DNA of 64,000 nt from Eledone cirrhosa (taxonomy: Eukaryota), in NCBI GenBank assembly GCA_964016885.1, contig OZ024753.1:22568001-22632000 (forward strand), in the 5' to 3' direction. The notes below the pieces were generated by a model. That model had not been told where the DNA came from. It was given only the letters and a program-made list of their open reading frames with translations, and made no database searches. A program made the translations under genes and the position numbers. Of this stretch, positions 45,103 to 57,493 are shown piece by piece. The first letter of the stretch is position 1. Each line of letters starts with the position of its first letter.

Positions 45103-45151
<49 letters not shown>

Positions 45152-45987
45152 GTAATATACCCAAGTATTGCTGATTGATGTAAAATATATCAGTCGAAAG
45201 AGAGAGTTATTAATTCTCTCAATATTAACCTCAATATTGATATGGCAATTATTCCTACATATTGAGGCTATATATTTAATGGTTCACTTCCATGACACAT
45301 TCTACTACTTTTTCTTCATGTTCTTCTTCGTCATCTTCGTCTCCTCCCCCTCCTCCTCCCCCGCCATAAGCACCACCGCCACCTCCTTCTCAGTTAATAC
45401 TCCTTTGACATTCAATAAAATAAATCATATTAACGTACTAATGTTTTGTAGTTGATTTAATAGAATATTTTCCAACCGTTATTTCGTGAAAAAAAAAATA
45501 GCCGTAAAATGCAAAGGTTTGTCATATAAGCGCCTTGCTTGAACTAATACCGATTATCGTTGTTATTTTTATTTTTCTATTGACGTTTTTGTTTGACGAT
45601 AAAAAGCTCGGGAATAAGTGAGAAATAAATTTGATCCGTTTTATTAACTGGACGACAGCAGAATGGAACAATGTTTTTATAGAATGACTGACATATATTG
45701 TGGATAAGTTTGTCGATTTTTTTACCTCCTGGCAGTATAATTGATTTACATGGACACAAGATCTGTTTTAATAAGTTCTCCTCTATTAAGACTTATCCAA
45801 TCTCTAGTGAGTTGTATATAACAATATTTTCTTTTATATGCAGTTCTCCAATATTTCTATGGTGGCAATAATAACGGCTAAATAATATATTTCTTGTTTG
45901 TTAAATAAAGTTTTTTGTATGTCATTTTGCAACAATACATATTCAATTAGTATGCATAGTCACATAACTGCTGTGGTGTCGGAGGGC

Positions 45988-46099
45988 CGCCATATTGACA
46001 TATGGCGTTCCTAGGTGCCACATTGAAATATGTTTTTCCTAGGTGCCATATTGGTATATGGCGTTCCTAGGTGCCATATTGACATATGGCTTTCCTAGG
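45988..46099. repeat. 28-bp tandem repeat (4 copies) with internal hairpin
   Basis: Unit gccatattgacatatggcgttcctaggt. Confidence 0.85.
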
Positions 46100-46209
46100 G
46101 TTACTAATTCTGGCAGAGTCCATCTTCTCTCCAGGTCTGAATGTAGCAGATTTCTCCCAAAGAAAGATAGTGAGTGAGAGAATGGAAGTGAAGAAGCGAT
46201 ATAGAGAAA

Positions 46210-47752
46210 GAATCGACCCCAGTACTAGACTGGTACTTTTTATCGACCTCTAATGAATGAAAGACAAAGTTGACTTTGCTGGGATTAGAACTCAAATAGC
46301 CGAAATGAATAGCCCAATGCTTTCTATCTGACGTTCTAACTACTCTACCATTCTATCAGACGTTCTAACAACACTACCATTCTATCTGACGTTCTAACCA
46401 CTCTACCATTCTATCTGACGTTCTAACGACTCTACCACTCTATCTGACGTTCTTACCACTCAACCATTCTATCTGACGTTCTAACCACTCTACCACTCTA
46501 TCTGACGTTCTAGCCACTCTACCATTCTATCTGACGTTCTAACCACTCAACGACTCTATCTGACGTTCTAACGACTCTACCACTCTATCTGACGTTCTAA
46601 CCACTCTACCATTCTATCTGACGTTCTAACGACCCTACCATTCTATCTGACGTTCTAACACCCTACCACTCTATCTGACGTTCTAACCACTCTACCATTT
46701 TATCTGACGTTCTAACTATTCTACCACTCTATCTGACGTTCTAGCCACTCTACCATTCTATCTGACGTTCTAACCACTCTACCACTCTATCTGACGTTCT
46801 AACCACTCTACCATTCTATCTGACGTTCTAACCACTCTACCATTCTATCTGACGTTCTAACCACTCTACCACTCTATCTGACGTTCTAACCACTCTACCA
46901 TTCTATCTGACGTTCTAGCCACTCTACCATTCTATCTGACGTTCTAACCACTCTACCATTCTATCTGACGTTCTAACGACTCTACCACTCTATCTGACGT
47001 TCTAACAACTCTACCATTCTATCTGACGTTCTAGCCACTCTACTGTTCTATCTGACGTTCTAACCACTCTACCACTCTATCTGACGTTCTAACCACTCTA
47101 CCATTCTATCTGACGTTCTAACCACTCTACCATTCTATCTGACGTTCTAACCACTCTACCAGTCTATCTGACGTTCTAACGACTCTACCAGTCTATCTGA
47201 CGTTCTAACCACTCTACCAGTCTATCTGACGTTCTAACGACTCTACCAGTCTATCTGACGTTCTAACGACTCTACCATTCTATCTGACGTTCTAACCACT
47301 CTACCATTCTATCTGACGTTCTAACGACTCTACCACTCTATCTGACGTTCTAACCACTCTACCATTCTATCTGACGTTCTAGCCACTCTACCATTCTATC
47401 TGACGTTCTAACCACTCTACCACTCTATCTGACGTTCTAACCACTCTACCATTCTATCTGACGTTCTAACCACTCTACCATTCTATCTGACGTTGTAACG
47501 ACTCTACCATTCTATCTGACGTTCTAACCACTCTACCATTCTATCTGACGTTCTAACCACTCTACCAGTCTATCTGACGCTCTAACGACTCTACCATTCT
47601 ATCTGACGTTCTAACGACTCTACCATTCTATCTGACGTTCTAACGACTCTACCATTCTATCTGACGTTCTAACCACTCTACCATTCTATCTGACGTTCTA
47701 ACCACTCTACTAGTCTATCTGACGCTCTAACGACTCAGCCAATTTGCTGCCT
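46210..47752 (-). mobile_element. tRNA-derived SINE interrupted by a minisatellite
   Basis: SINE core and B-box at 46210-46320; SINE 5' head (reverse complement ggcagcaaattggctgagtcgttagagcgtcag) at 47720-47752. Confidence 0.75.
46321..47736. repeat. 29-bp minisatellite, about 48 copies
   Basis: Unit ttctatctgacgttctaaccactctacca; no spacers. Confidence 0.95.
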
Positions 47753-47907
47753 ACTCAACTACTATAAGGTTGATATATAGCTGGAGTTTCAACCAATTGT
47801 AATTAAATCCCTCGAAGTCACTAAGCTACAAATTCTAGACCTTTTCATCTTTAATGACGTTTCATTCCCAGCCAAACATAACATTAATAAAAATGTTATC
47901 AAACTAG

Positions 47908-48094
47908 CCTCCTCCTCCTCCTCCTCCTCCTCCTCCTTCTTCTTCTTCTTCTTCTTCTTCTTCTTCTTCTTCTTCTTCTTCTTCTTCTTCTTCTTCTTCT
48001 TCTTCTTCTTCTTCTTCTTCTTCTTCTTCTTCTTCTTCTTCTTCTTCTTCTTCTTCTTCTTCTTCTTCTTCTTCTTCTTCTTCTTCTTCTTCTT

Positions 48095-48124
<30 letters not shown>
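47908..48124. repeat. (CCT)n/(TTC)n microsatellite
   Basis: Seen directly; explains the poly-Arg ORF. Confidence 0.95.
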
Positions 48125-48125
<1 letters not shown>

Positions 48126-49324
48126 ACACCATCAAAATATGAACCCTGGGGAAATCACACAGTTGTTCCAACAATTTTGTCAATGATCGTAACAGTAGCA
48201 GACGTCATTTTTGTGAGTAACCTTAGCTATTCAGTTACAGTATTTTCCATATTTCCAAAATGATGACCATTCAATTTAGGAGAGGTAGAACTCGCATGGA
48301 GCTAGATCTGAGCTGTAGGGATGTGGAAGAGTGGGAGTGCTTTTTCTTAGCCAATGACGAGCATTCTAGATCATTTCTGAAAGAAAATCATGTACGCACC
48401 AAATTAGTAGATATATTTGTGGGTCAAGTATTAGCTCTGTCTCTTTGCCTTTTTATGTTCAAGTCCCTCGGTGGCCAACTTGGATGGTCGGTTTAATTGA
48501 TCACCCGTTCTAAAAGCACTAGCGGACCCTTATATACACTAATCTGTGTCTATTCTGTTACTAAACTTCAGGCCAGGTGTCCAGTTTCAGGATGTTTTCC
48601 ATTCTAACACCTACTTCATTAGCCAATGAAATATATATAAATCAAATATAAGTCATACTCGATCAGGGTTCTGTGTCTATCAATCCAAATGAAAACAGCA
48701 CAATTTCCTTATTTTTCGATTAGTGTAAATGCACCAAGTTTTACTTCTGTAGACACAGCCTCTATATAATTTAAAAGTAACATTTTTTAACTTATTCCTT
48801 TTTGCGGACAATTGGTGACATATTTCCCACAATTAAAGAAGATTTATTTAATTGAATGACAATTTCTTTATCTAAAGACAATTTATCAGTGACTTAAGAC
48901 TCAATCTATTTCAATTTGCTGACATCTGACAAGACATGGCTGGTGATGTTAGTTGTATTTCAGTGATGATAATTTATATGAAGTTTTGTTGTGCTGTTTA
49001 CCTGAGGACTTAAACCAAAGTATTTTACAAGTTTGCTTGAATCTATCGAAAAGAGGAAGTTCGTCTTCTTCTGTGAGAAGAGAAGACCAGTATTACGAGA
49101 AAGAGATTCTGAGAATATTGAAACCAACGGAGTCTCGCAGCCACCCATATATCAGAAGATACATTTAGCAGGCATGAAATGGTAACAATCCCACCAACTA
49201 GTGACTGCTGACAAAAATATTACGACACAGAAATAGAGAAATGGGAAGTTACAAACAGACATAGCTATAAGCATAAAGATTTGAATGATTGTGTACACAC
49301 ACAGGCACACACATATATCTCTGA

Positions 49325-49523
49325 TGAGGGTCAGTTGAAAGGTTTATAGGGTAAACAAGATGTTCTCATGGAATGATCAAATGTGGTTTATTTTTCAACA
49401 TAGTCCCTGGAAATAATCAAAGCAGTTAACATTAAGAAGAGTTTAAATTAACGCATGCAAAAATTCCCTAGCTCTAACATCAATCCTTCACAGTCAGCCT
49501 ATGAACTGTTCAACCCAGCCTCG
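49325..49523. mobile_element. Mariner-like MITE relic
   Basis: Imperfect TIRs tgagggtcagttgaaaggtttatagg / cctatgaactgttcaacccagcctcg resemble mariner CGAGG ends. Confidence 0.55.
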
Positions 49524-49775
49524 TTTATATATGTATATATATATATATATATATGAAGATTAACACGGCTAACTATACAGTAGGGTTTATTCCAAGCATT
49601 AACATATGTTTCATTGTCTAGTTCGTAATCAATTGTGTTTTAAAGTCGCTATCTAGAATGTTATTGTGAAATTTGATTTTAAATACTGCATATACCGGGC
49701 AAATTATCCCAAATCCTCCACGCTAACAGATTACACGTAAGTTCTCCTTGGATAACCTTAAACGATACCTCGTTT

Positions 49776-49871
<96 letters not shown>

Positions 49872-49884
49872 ATATAATTTTCTT

Positions 49885-50453
49885 ATATATATATAATTTT
49901 CTTATCTTACGTCTCTCATATTATTGTTCTGCAACCCCATGCATTGAACCACAATGTTAGTAAGACAAAACCTATATATTTTCTAGCATTGATATGCATC
50001 TGTATGTATATAAATGTTACTAGATATAAATTCTTTATAATTATCTCCAATTCATTTGTCGAGCAATATTGGCCATGACTGCTGCTATAGTAGTAGGAAG
50101 GCCGCTGTCTTATTAACAACTCGCTTTCCACTGATTGACCTAGATGTCACGTGATTGATTCTTTTTGAATTTGCCACGGACGTAGAGACAGTGATTTTCT
50201 CAATGGCTAGGATTTCAGTCCACGCTTCGCTATTTCCTCTCCACTGAATTATTTTTTTAATAAGTTTCCAGAGTCCCCGCTATGCCTGGAAACTTACATG
50301 AAAAGAGACTTTCCTGACGACGGAATGCTTTTCTTTATGTTCTTCGGAAAATATATTTACTCCATTCCAGAAACTAATTAGTTGGAAGTGATATTTTAGT
50401 AAGTAAGTCAATTTTATAATTTTTTTATAATTTTATAATTTTCTTATCTTACG

Positions 50454-50461
<8 letters not shown>
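49885..50461 (+). mobile_element. Non-coding ~540-bp element with short direct terminal repeat and hammerhead
   Basis: tataattttcttatcttacgtctctcata at both ends. Hammerhead at 50308-50389: actttc-CTGACGA-c-ggaatg...cattcc-a-GAAA-ctaattag-TT-ggaagt. Confidence 0.75.
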
Positions 50462-50530
<69 letters not shown>

Positions 50531-50534
<4 letters not shown>

Positions 50535-50877
50535 TGCATGTATAGTATATTTGGCAATATACCGTATGTTTAATTAAAAACATTTTGAAGACCATACGTT
50601 ATCGGTTTTAAAGTACTGACTATGTCACTTACTTCTTTTCGGCGAAAGAAGAGAGAGAAGCTAACAGTCTGTTTCATGCTGTTGCCGATCATCAGAGCCA
50701 CACACTCCCCGCTTTCGTCGAAAATTATAGAAGTTGGATTCTTATAGAATTCCAATAATAATCAGGAGCTGATTATACAGAGCGATTGCCTGTCCAGCAA
50801 AAATTAGGTATTAGGATTGGTGCTTTGAAATAGCGATGTATACATGAATGTATATATAGTATATTTGGCAATATACC

Positions 50878-50880
<3 letters not shown>
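50531..50880 (-). mobile_element. Retrozyme-like monomer with direct terminal redundancy and hammerhead
   Basis: tgaatg..tatagtatatttggcaatataccgta at both ends. Hammerhead at 50659-50699 (-): ggct-CTGATGA-tcggcaacagcat-GAAA-cagactg-TT-agct. Confidence 0.75.
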
Positions 50881-50937
<57 letters not shown>

Positions 50938-50987
50938 AAACGAGGTATCGTTTAAGGTTATCCATTCATATATATATATACATATAC

Positions 50988-51109
<122 letters not shown>

Positions 51110-51164
51110 CTCTCGCTATTTATATGTAATGAAATATGTATACCTACCGACATATATATATATA

Positions 51165-54100
51165 CTAGCATTTTAGCCCGGCGTTGCTCGGGTTTGTTCA
51201 TTTGCTATGAAAAGTTACATACAGGTAAACGTGGTTTGAAAGCGAATAAGCTTATCAATTAAGTGCATAAAGCAGTTGAACCGGTTATTAAAAGTTACGA
51301 ACCAATTAGCATTTTGGTCAATCAATGATGGGTTAATAATCCTTCAATAGCGAATTTAGTAGACGAAAGTTGTAAGATGGTGGCCCTGACGGCGCTGGGT
51401 GTCAGATCTGTCCGCCATGGGATACCCTACCAGGAAATAGTGTTCCAGACGGCATAGCTCCAACACCTGCACCAACATCTATAGCACCTCTTTGTAGACG
51501 ATATTGCGTGTCATCCCTTGAGGAGAGTAAGCAAAAAGTCCATTCCTGCTCCCTGCGCGGGAACAGGCAACATAAAGTTGGCCATGGGAGAAGCATGGCT
51601 CCTCCAAATAGATGCCCGCCACCGACAATGTTTGCCCTTGTGACTTGTTAATGGACATGGCAAAACATGGTCTCACCGGGAATTGGGATCGTCGGAAATC
51701 GAACGGGATATCTGACGCCGAGGGGAAAAGGTTCATCCTTGGAATGAAAACATTCTCCCCTCTTCCGCACCCCGTTACAATGGTGGCCTCAACAAGTGGG
51801 TGTCAGTGACTTGACGACCATGCGAGTACCGTTGCACTGCTTTGGTGGACGCAAGTTCCTTATTAGCATAATGGGACAGCCAACCCTAAGCTTAATAATG
51901 TGAGGTGGGAGCCCTGGGGGCTCAAGGAGATTTAATAACTCAACCGGATAATTAACGATATCGTCGGGGTCTGATTTGAAGATGTGCTCTTTACCGAGAA
52001 TCTTCTCAGTCAGCTGCTCGTTAATAAAATTAACCATGGTATTTTTCGGAACAAGGATGGCTCTTTCGCTGAGCCAATCGAGCTTTTTAAAGTTAGATGA
52101 GACATTAGGAAAAACTGCTTCCCAAAGGTCAGAAGGGCTGCTCACAATGTTGCACAGGGTGTCGATTGCTATGCCGCCCTTGTCATCCGCAGGGATCTTG
52201 CCCTCACCAAGTGCTAAAATGTTCTGTGCTGCAGACATGTTGTCACCATGCAAATGAGCACGCATATTTGTGCTCAGGTACAAACTATTCACCTGGAGCC
52301 ACAACATGGACGACTTAAGACAGGCATGCACTTCATCAGCTCTTGTCCATTTGGGGATGACAGGCAGCGTTTTCCAAAACTCCCCTGATAGCAGAAGGGT
52401 TACGCCACCCATAGGAGCCGTAGAATCCCTAATGTCTTTCCGGGCCCTGTCCAATGCCTCAAGGGCACCCTTGTGTGCCATTGTGCACTCATCCCAAACA
52501 ATGAGGCAACATCTTTTGAGAACCAGAGCTTTGTGTGAACTCTTGCTGATATTGCATGTTGGTGTCTCAGTTTTTACTAAATCCAAAGGGAGTTTAAAGG
52601 TTGAATGTGCTGTCCTGCCTCCCGGCAGCAAAGTAGCAGCGATCCCGGACGATGCAACGGACAACGCAACTTTTTTCTCCTGACGAATCTTAGCGAGAAT
52701 CAAATTCGTTACAAAAGTTTTTCCGGTACCCCCAGGAGCGTTTTTTATTGGGGGATCCGGGTTTTCTTTTGACCGTGAGGTATAACCAGTCAGTAGTTCC
52801 TTCAAAGGCTCTGGCCGTTCCGGAAGAGGGGGCAAGGTGCCGTTACCGTTTAAGCAGCACATTGCAGGTTGCTCCCCAGCCCACTTTGTAGCATTGCAGA
52901 ATTGGCAATTGAAGCGCATCTCGCCTATATTTATGTCAGAGCGCATCGAGTAATTAACGTTTTGCTCATACTTGAAAGCCCGTAGGTGCCAGTAAGGGCT
53001 GTTGGGGCTCGTCACACCGCGTGCAGCTTCTCGCCGTTGACTGTTACGCTTGAACGTAGAACATTGGTCGTGTGGTTGGTGGGAAGGTCTGGCAGCAATA
53101 GCAGAAGAAACATTTACAATGCTAATGGACCGCCCGTCTGCATCTTCAGAAGCCATGGAAGTAGTCATAGCCGCAGCGTCCGTAGGAAGGCGAGCCGTCC
53201 GTTGTTTTAAACGTTCCAAAGACCTGGAAGCAGCATTAGTCGCAGCGTTTCTAGCCAGGCGTTTCGACCTTTGTTCACGGCTCTCTGAAGCCCTGGAAGA
53301 AGCCTGGTATGAAGCCATTTTGGCTAGGCGTGCGGTGCGCTGTTGGAAACTTTCAGCGGCTCGACATTCTGCTGAACGTAAGGCTGTCTGTGAAAGTCTT
53401 GAAGCATTTTCCTCAGAGGACTCGTTTGCTATTGTAGCCTTTTGCGCCACTGCTGACGCGGTATGTCGACTGAGGCGACTTCTCTTTTTAGGAGGCATTT
53501 TATGTCCAAAAGAAAGAGTGAAAGTTACTTCTACAGAAAAATTGACTTTGAAAGTCTACTGTCTATTTATGAATATTGTTATTGTTGTTGTGATACAAAT
53601 GTTAGTAAGTAAATGGGTATCGAAAAATAAAGGGTGAAAGTTACTTCAACATAAAAATTGACTTTGAAAGTATAAGGCTGATAATTGAATGTATAAAGAT
53701 TGATAAGAAAGCCCCCCCCCCCCAAAAAAAAATGTACAGGTATTTGTATGTATGTGTGTATTTTTATGTCGTAAAGAAAGGGTTAAAGTTACTTCTACAG
53801 AAAAATATAGTTTGAAAGTGTAAGGCCGATGTGTGTGTAAATTAAGTGACAGGTATGTGTATGTATGTATGTATGTATGTATGTATGTATGTATGTATGT
53901 ATGTATGTATGTATGTATGTATGTATGTATTAAAGGTTGAAAGTTACTTCAACATAAAAATTGACTTTGAAAGTATAAGGCTTATAATTGAATGTAAAAA
54001 GATTGATAAGAAAGGCCCCCCCAAAAAATTTACAGATATTTGTATGTATGTGTGTATTTTTATGTCGAAAATAAAGGGTTAAAGTTACTTATACAGAAAA

Positions 54101-54597
54101 ATTTAGTTTGAAAGTGTAAGGCCGATCTCTTTATCATTATATTATAGATAATGATGTTATTGTTATTTCTAAAACAAACTGTGTATGCGTTGATTGATTG
54201 AAATTCCCGCGTTCCTGTTTGTATGACGTCAATCGTAACCATACCAACATATAAGTGTGTGTATGCACCCACATATATGTGTGTATATGTTTTTTTTCAA
54301 TGTTTCTCTTTTTCACAAACACTTATAAGAGAAGGTAGCAATTTTAAGGGGAGGTGATGAATGGGAGTAGATATAGGAAACGTATATCATATGAGAGAGG
54401 AGAAATCATCGATTATTGAAATAAATCGATTTTTCCGTAATTGTGGCATTTTTTAGCCAATAAGATCGCCCATGACCCAAGTTAAAATATTTGTAAACAT
54501 TCTGCTTAATTATTCATTCAATATTTTTGGAATTGTGTAAATGTATAAAATTGAAACATACATACAGACACAAAAATCTGCCTTTTATAGATAATGA
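51165..54597 (-). mobile_element. Helitron, internally deleted, both termini present
   Basis: 5' TC at 54597; 3' hairpin cccgagcaacgccggg plus CTAG at 51165-51168; inserted between A and T inside (AT)n. Internal ~145-bp subrepeats at 53510-54125. Confidence 0.9.
51479..53498 (-). pseudogene. Helitron RepHel remnant: zinc finger fused to PIF1-family helicase, Rep domain missing
   Basis: CQFC..CC zinc finger, APGGTGKT, ASSGIAA, GRTAHS.FK, WDECTM, L.TNMR, CNGTR; then a frameshift to QFPVRPCFAMSINKSQGQT and SHGQLYVACSR. Confidence 0.9.
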
Positions 54598-54609
54598 TAT
54601 ATATATAAT

Positions 54610-54912
54610 ATAAGATCAAAAGATGGTTAAAAGAGTTCCAAGTATTTTATTATGCGCATTTCGAAAACAAATATCTGCGTTTTCATCAGATAAAATAGAG
54701 ATACATGATATGAAGGTTAAAAAACACTTGTGAATAGTGAAGTTTTAAATCAACATATCATTTGTTTTTGAAATGCGCATAATAAAATACTTGGAACTCT
54801 TTTAACCATCTTTTGATCTGATATTATTTATACTCCAGTCCTACAAACTGTAGAGTGCTACTTATCCGATATTTGCATTGCTTTATTGTACTACAATAAA
54901 ACTCACCTCCTA
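54610..54912. mobile_element. Short fold-back PLE-type tail with hammerhead
   Basis: Inverted repeats at 54614-54672 and 54760-54819. Hammerhead at 54643-54697 (-): tattttat-CTGATGA-aaac...gttttc-GAAA-tgcgca-TA-ataaaata. Confidence 0.75.
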
Positions 54913-54915
54913 CAT

Positions 54916-54987
<72 letters not shown>

Positions 54988-55071
54988 CAAATAACGAAAC
55001 GAAATTAAATTTCGTTTCGCTTCTAACTCACTTTTGTATGACTGACGCTTAATGTAGATGTACACTTTAAC

Positions 55072-55187
<116 letters not shown>

Positions 55188-55267
55188 GTATATATATATG
55201 TATATATGTATATATGTATATATATATATTATATATATATATAATATATATATATATAATATATATA

Positions 55268-55359
<92 letters not shown>

Positions 55360-55361
55360 TA

Positions 55362-55459
<98 letters not shown>

Positions 55460-55481
55460 TATATATATATATATTATATAT

Positions 55482-56219
55482 ACTTCCCCATACAACATAG
55501 GTACCACACCATCTTTAATAAGAACACAATAAGACTCTCCTACTCCACCACACCTAACCTAGCTAGGAATATAGCCAACCACAATTCTAAAAAATTAAAT
55601 AAGTAACCACCTCCGAACCCAATCCCCGGACTGGGACTTTGTGTAATTGCCTAAATAAGGAAGCATGCCCACTTGAAAACAAATGCCTCACAAATGATAT
55701 CGTATACAAATGCGATGTCATCTCAGGCACCGATGATCGCAATAACAAATAACTTACATCGGCATGACCTCCAATAACTTTAAGACCCGTTGGTATGCCC
55801 ATACCCAGTCCTTCAGAAGACCGGAAAAATCAAACCAGACAACGCTCGCCTCCTATGTTTGGGACCTCAAAAGGAACTCCACCCCCTTCACGCTTAAATG
55901 GAAAATACTCCAGAAAGCGCGCTCTTACAACTGAGGACACTAGGGCTGCGACCTTTGTATCTCAGAGAGCTACGAAATTTTATTCGCCAAGGGCCGCTAC
56001 TGAACAAACTCTCTGAACACTGCCCGAACTGCATGCACAAGAACTTTGCAACTTTCAAATACTTTAAGCCAGTGTGAAAGCCCGATGGCTAAAAACGACC
56101 TCCTACTATTAGCCCCTATACCTCCTTCCCACCCTACCCCACCCTCCTCAACCTGAAATACGGCTACTATGGTTATGTGAGTATATGTGTATATATGTAT
56201 ATATGTATGTATATGTATG

Positions 56220-56272
<53 letters not shown>

Positions 56273-56820
56273 GTGGGTGTTTGTGGGTGCGCGCGAGTGT
56301 GTGAGTGAGTGTGTTTGTGAATGTGTCTGTTGATTTTTGGCATATAGTTGAATAGTTTAAGAGAAATTTGAAGATAATCTGATATGCACTCAATATTTTG
56401 AATTTGTCTTGAATTCTCTAGGCCTTTGTCACTTAGTAGAATCTTAAAGATTTTAGCTTTTAAAGAATCTCCCTTTCCTTCCAATCCATCAACCATGACT
56501 GACCCCCACTGATCTTATATACACCTGTTAGCTTAAGAGAAACTTAAAAATAAGGAGTGGCACCACATCCTGAACTTGTTTATAGCATTCTTTCTGCCTT
56601 TGTTACTTACTCTAAAAATAAACTATAGCTTTGAAGAATTAGCTTTTAATGAATTCCCTTTTCTATCAACCAATGACCTACACCCATCCCACTCCCCACC
56701 CTCTCCTACCACTTGAAGAGACCTATAAATACCATACTTATTTTTTGATACCCAGATTCCTGATGATTTCTAAAGAATGAAACAGTTCTAGTCCTGTAGA
56801 ATCTCATCTATATTAAAACT
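55482..56820 (+). mobile_element. 5'-truncated PLE (GIY-YIG pseudogene + 3' tail)
   Basis: [43 protein letters not shown] and CDLCISE, with stops. Confidence 0.88.
56754..56804 (+). ncRNA. Complete canonical type I hammerhead ribozyme
   Basis: agattc-CTGATGA-t-ttc-taaa-gaa-t-GAAA-cag-ttctagtc-ctg-TA-gaatct; predicted cleavage after 56798. Confidence 0.85.
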
Positions 56821-56848
56821 ATATATATATATATATATATATACAATA

Positions 56849-57374
56849 TTACAATATTAAATAAATGGAAAACTATATTTATAAAACCATATTTATTTCA
56901 TTATATATATTTCGGGGATATCATATTAACAATATGCTATGCCTTCATCAGACAAAATACAATATAAACAGTTTTATAGACAAATAGGTTCGACATACCG
57001 TTATAACACCGACTTCATTTGAAGAGGTTTACTCTGGCTGTGAGAAAATTTTACACAGAGAGAAAGAAAAAGAGAGAAAACAGAAAGAAAGACAGAAAAC
57101 GAAGAAAAGGAAGATTTTCTTCGTTTTCTGTCTTTCTGTCTGTTTTCTCTCTTTTTCTTTCTCTCTGTGTAAAATTTTCTCACAGCCAGAGTAAACCTCT
57201 TCAAATGAAGTCGGTGTTATAACGGTATGTCGAACCTATTTGTCTATAAAACTGTTTATATTGTATTTTGTCTGATGAAGGCATAGCATATTGTTAATAT
57301 GATATCCCCGAAATATATATAATGAAATAAATATGGTTTTATAAATATAGTTTTCCATTTATTTAATATTGTAA
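56849..57374. repeat. Near-perfect 526-bp palindrome with a hammerhead in each arm
   Basis: Arms of about 260 bp, 6-nt loop at 57109-57114, one mismatch seen. Hammerheads at 57264-57329 (+) and 56894-56959 (-). Confidence 0.92.
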
Positions 57375-57458
57375 ATATACTCCAAATATTTGTCGAGTGC
57401 TTTTATACCAGTTATAAATATTTACTAGTTGTAACCCAACAATTTTAAATATAACTTT

Positions 57459-57490
<32 letters not shown>

Positions 57491-57493
<3 letters not shown>

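Larger units (their letters stand above)
43925..45104 (+). mobile_element. Retrozyme-like 690-bp tandem repeat (1.7 units)
   Basis: aaggcaccaatcacatt recurs at a 690-bp period; each unit carries one hammerhead. Confidence 0.85.

Noticed and set aside
46321-47736. CRISPR array
   Set aside because: The 29-bp units are contiguous with no unique spacers, there are no cas genes, and the context is eukaryotic.
48963-49181. Plus-strand host exon (tttcag...gtaaca)
   Set aside because: No frame is open between the splice-like sites and the peptide is unrecognisable.
49321-49345. Hammerhead (ctgatgagggtcagttgaaa)
   Set aside because: No stem I-III pairing; it coincides with a mariner-like TIR.
51479-53498. 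Host PIF1 helicase gene
   Set aside because: Intronless, frameshifted, and enclosed by Helitron TC and hairpin-CTAG termini.
57001-57222. Pair of near-identical 67-aa ORFs on opposite strands
   Set aside because: A consequence of the palindrome.
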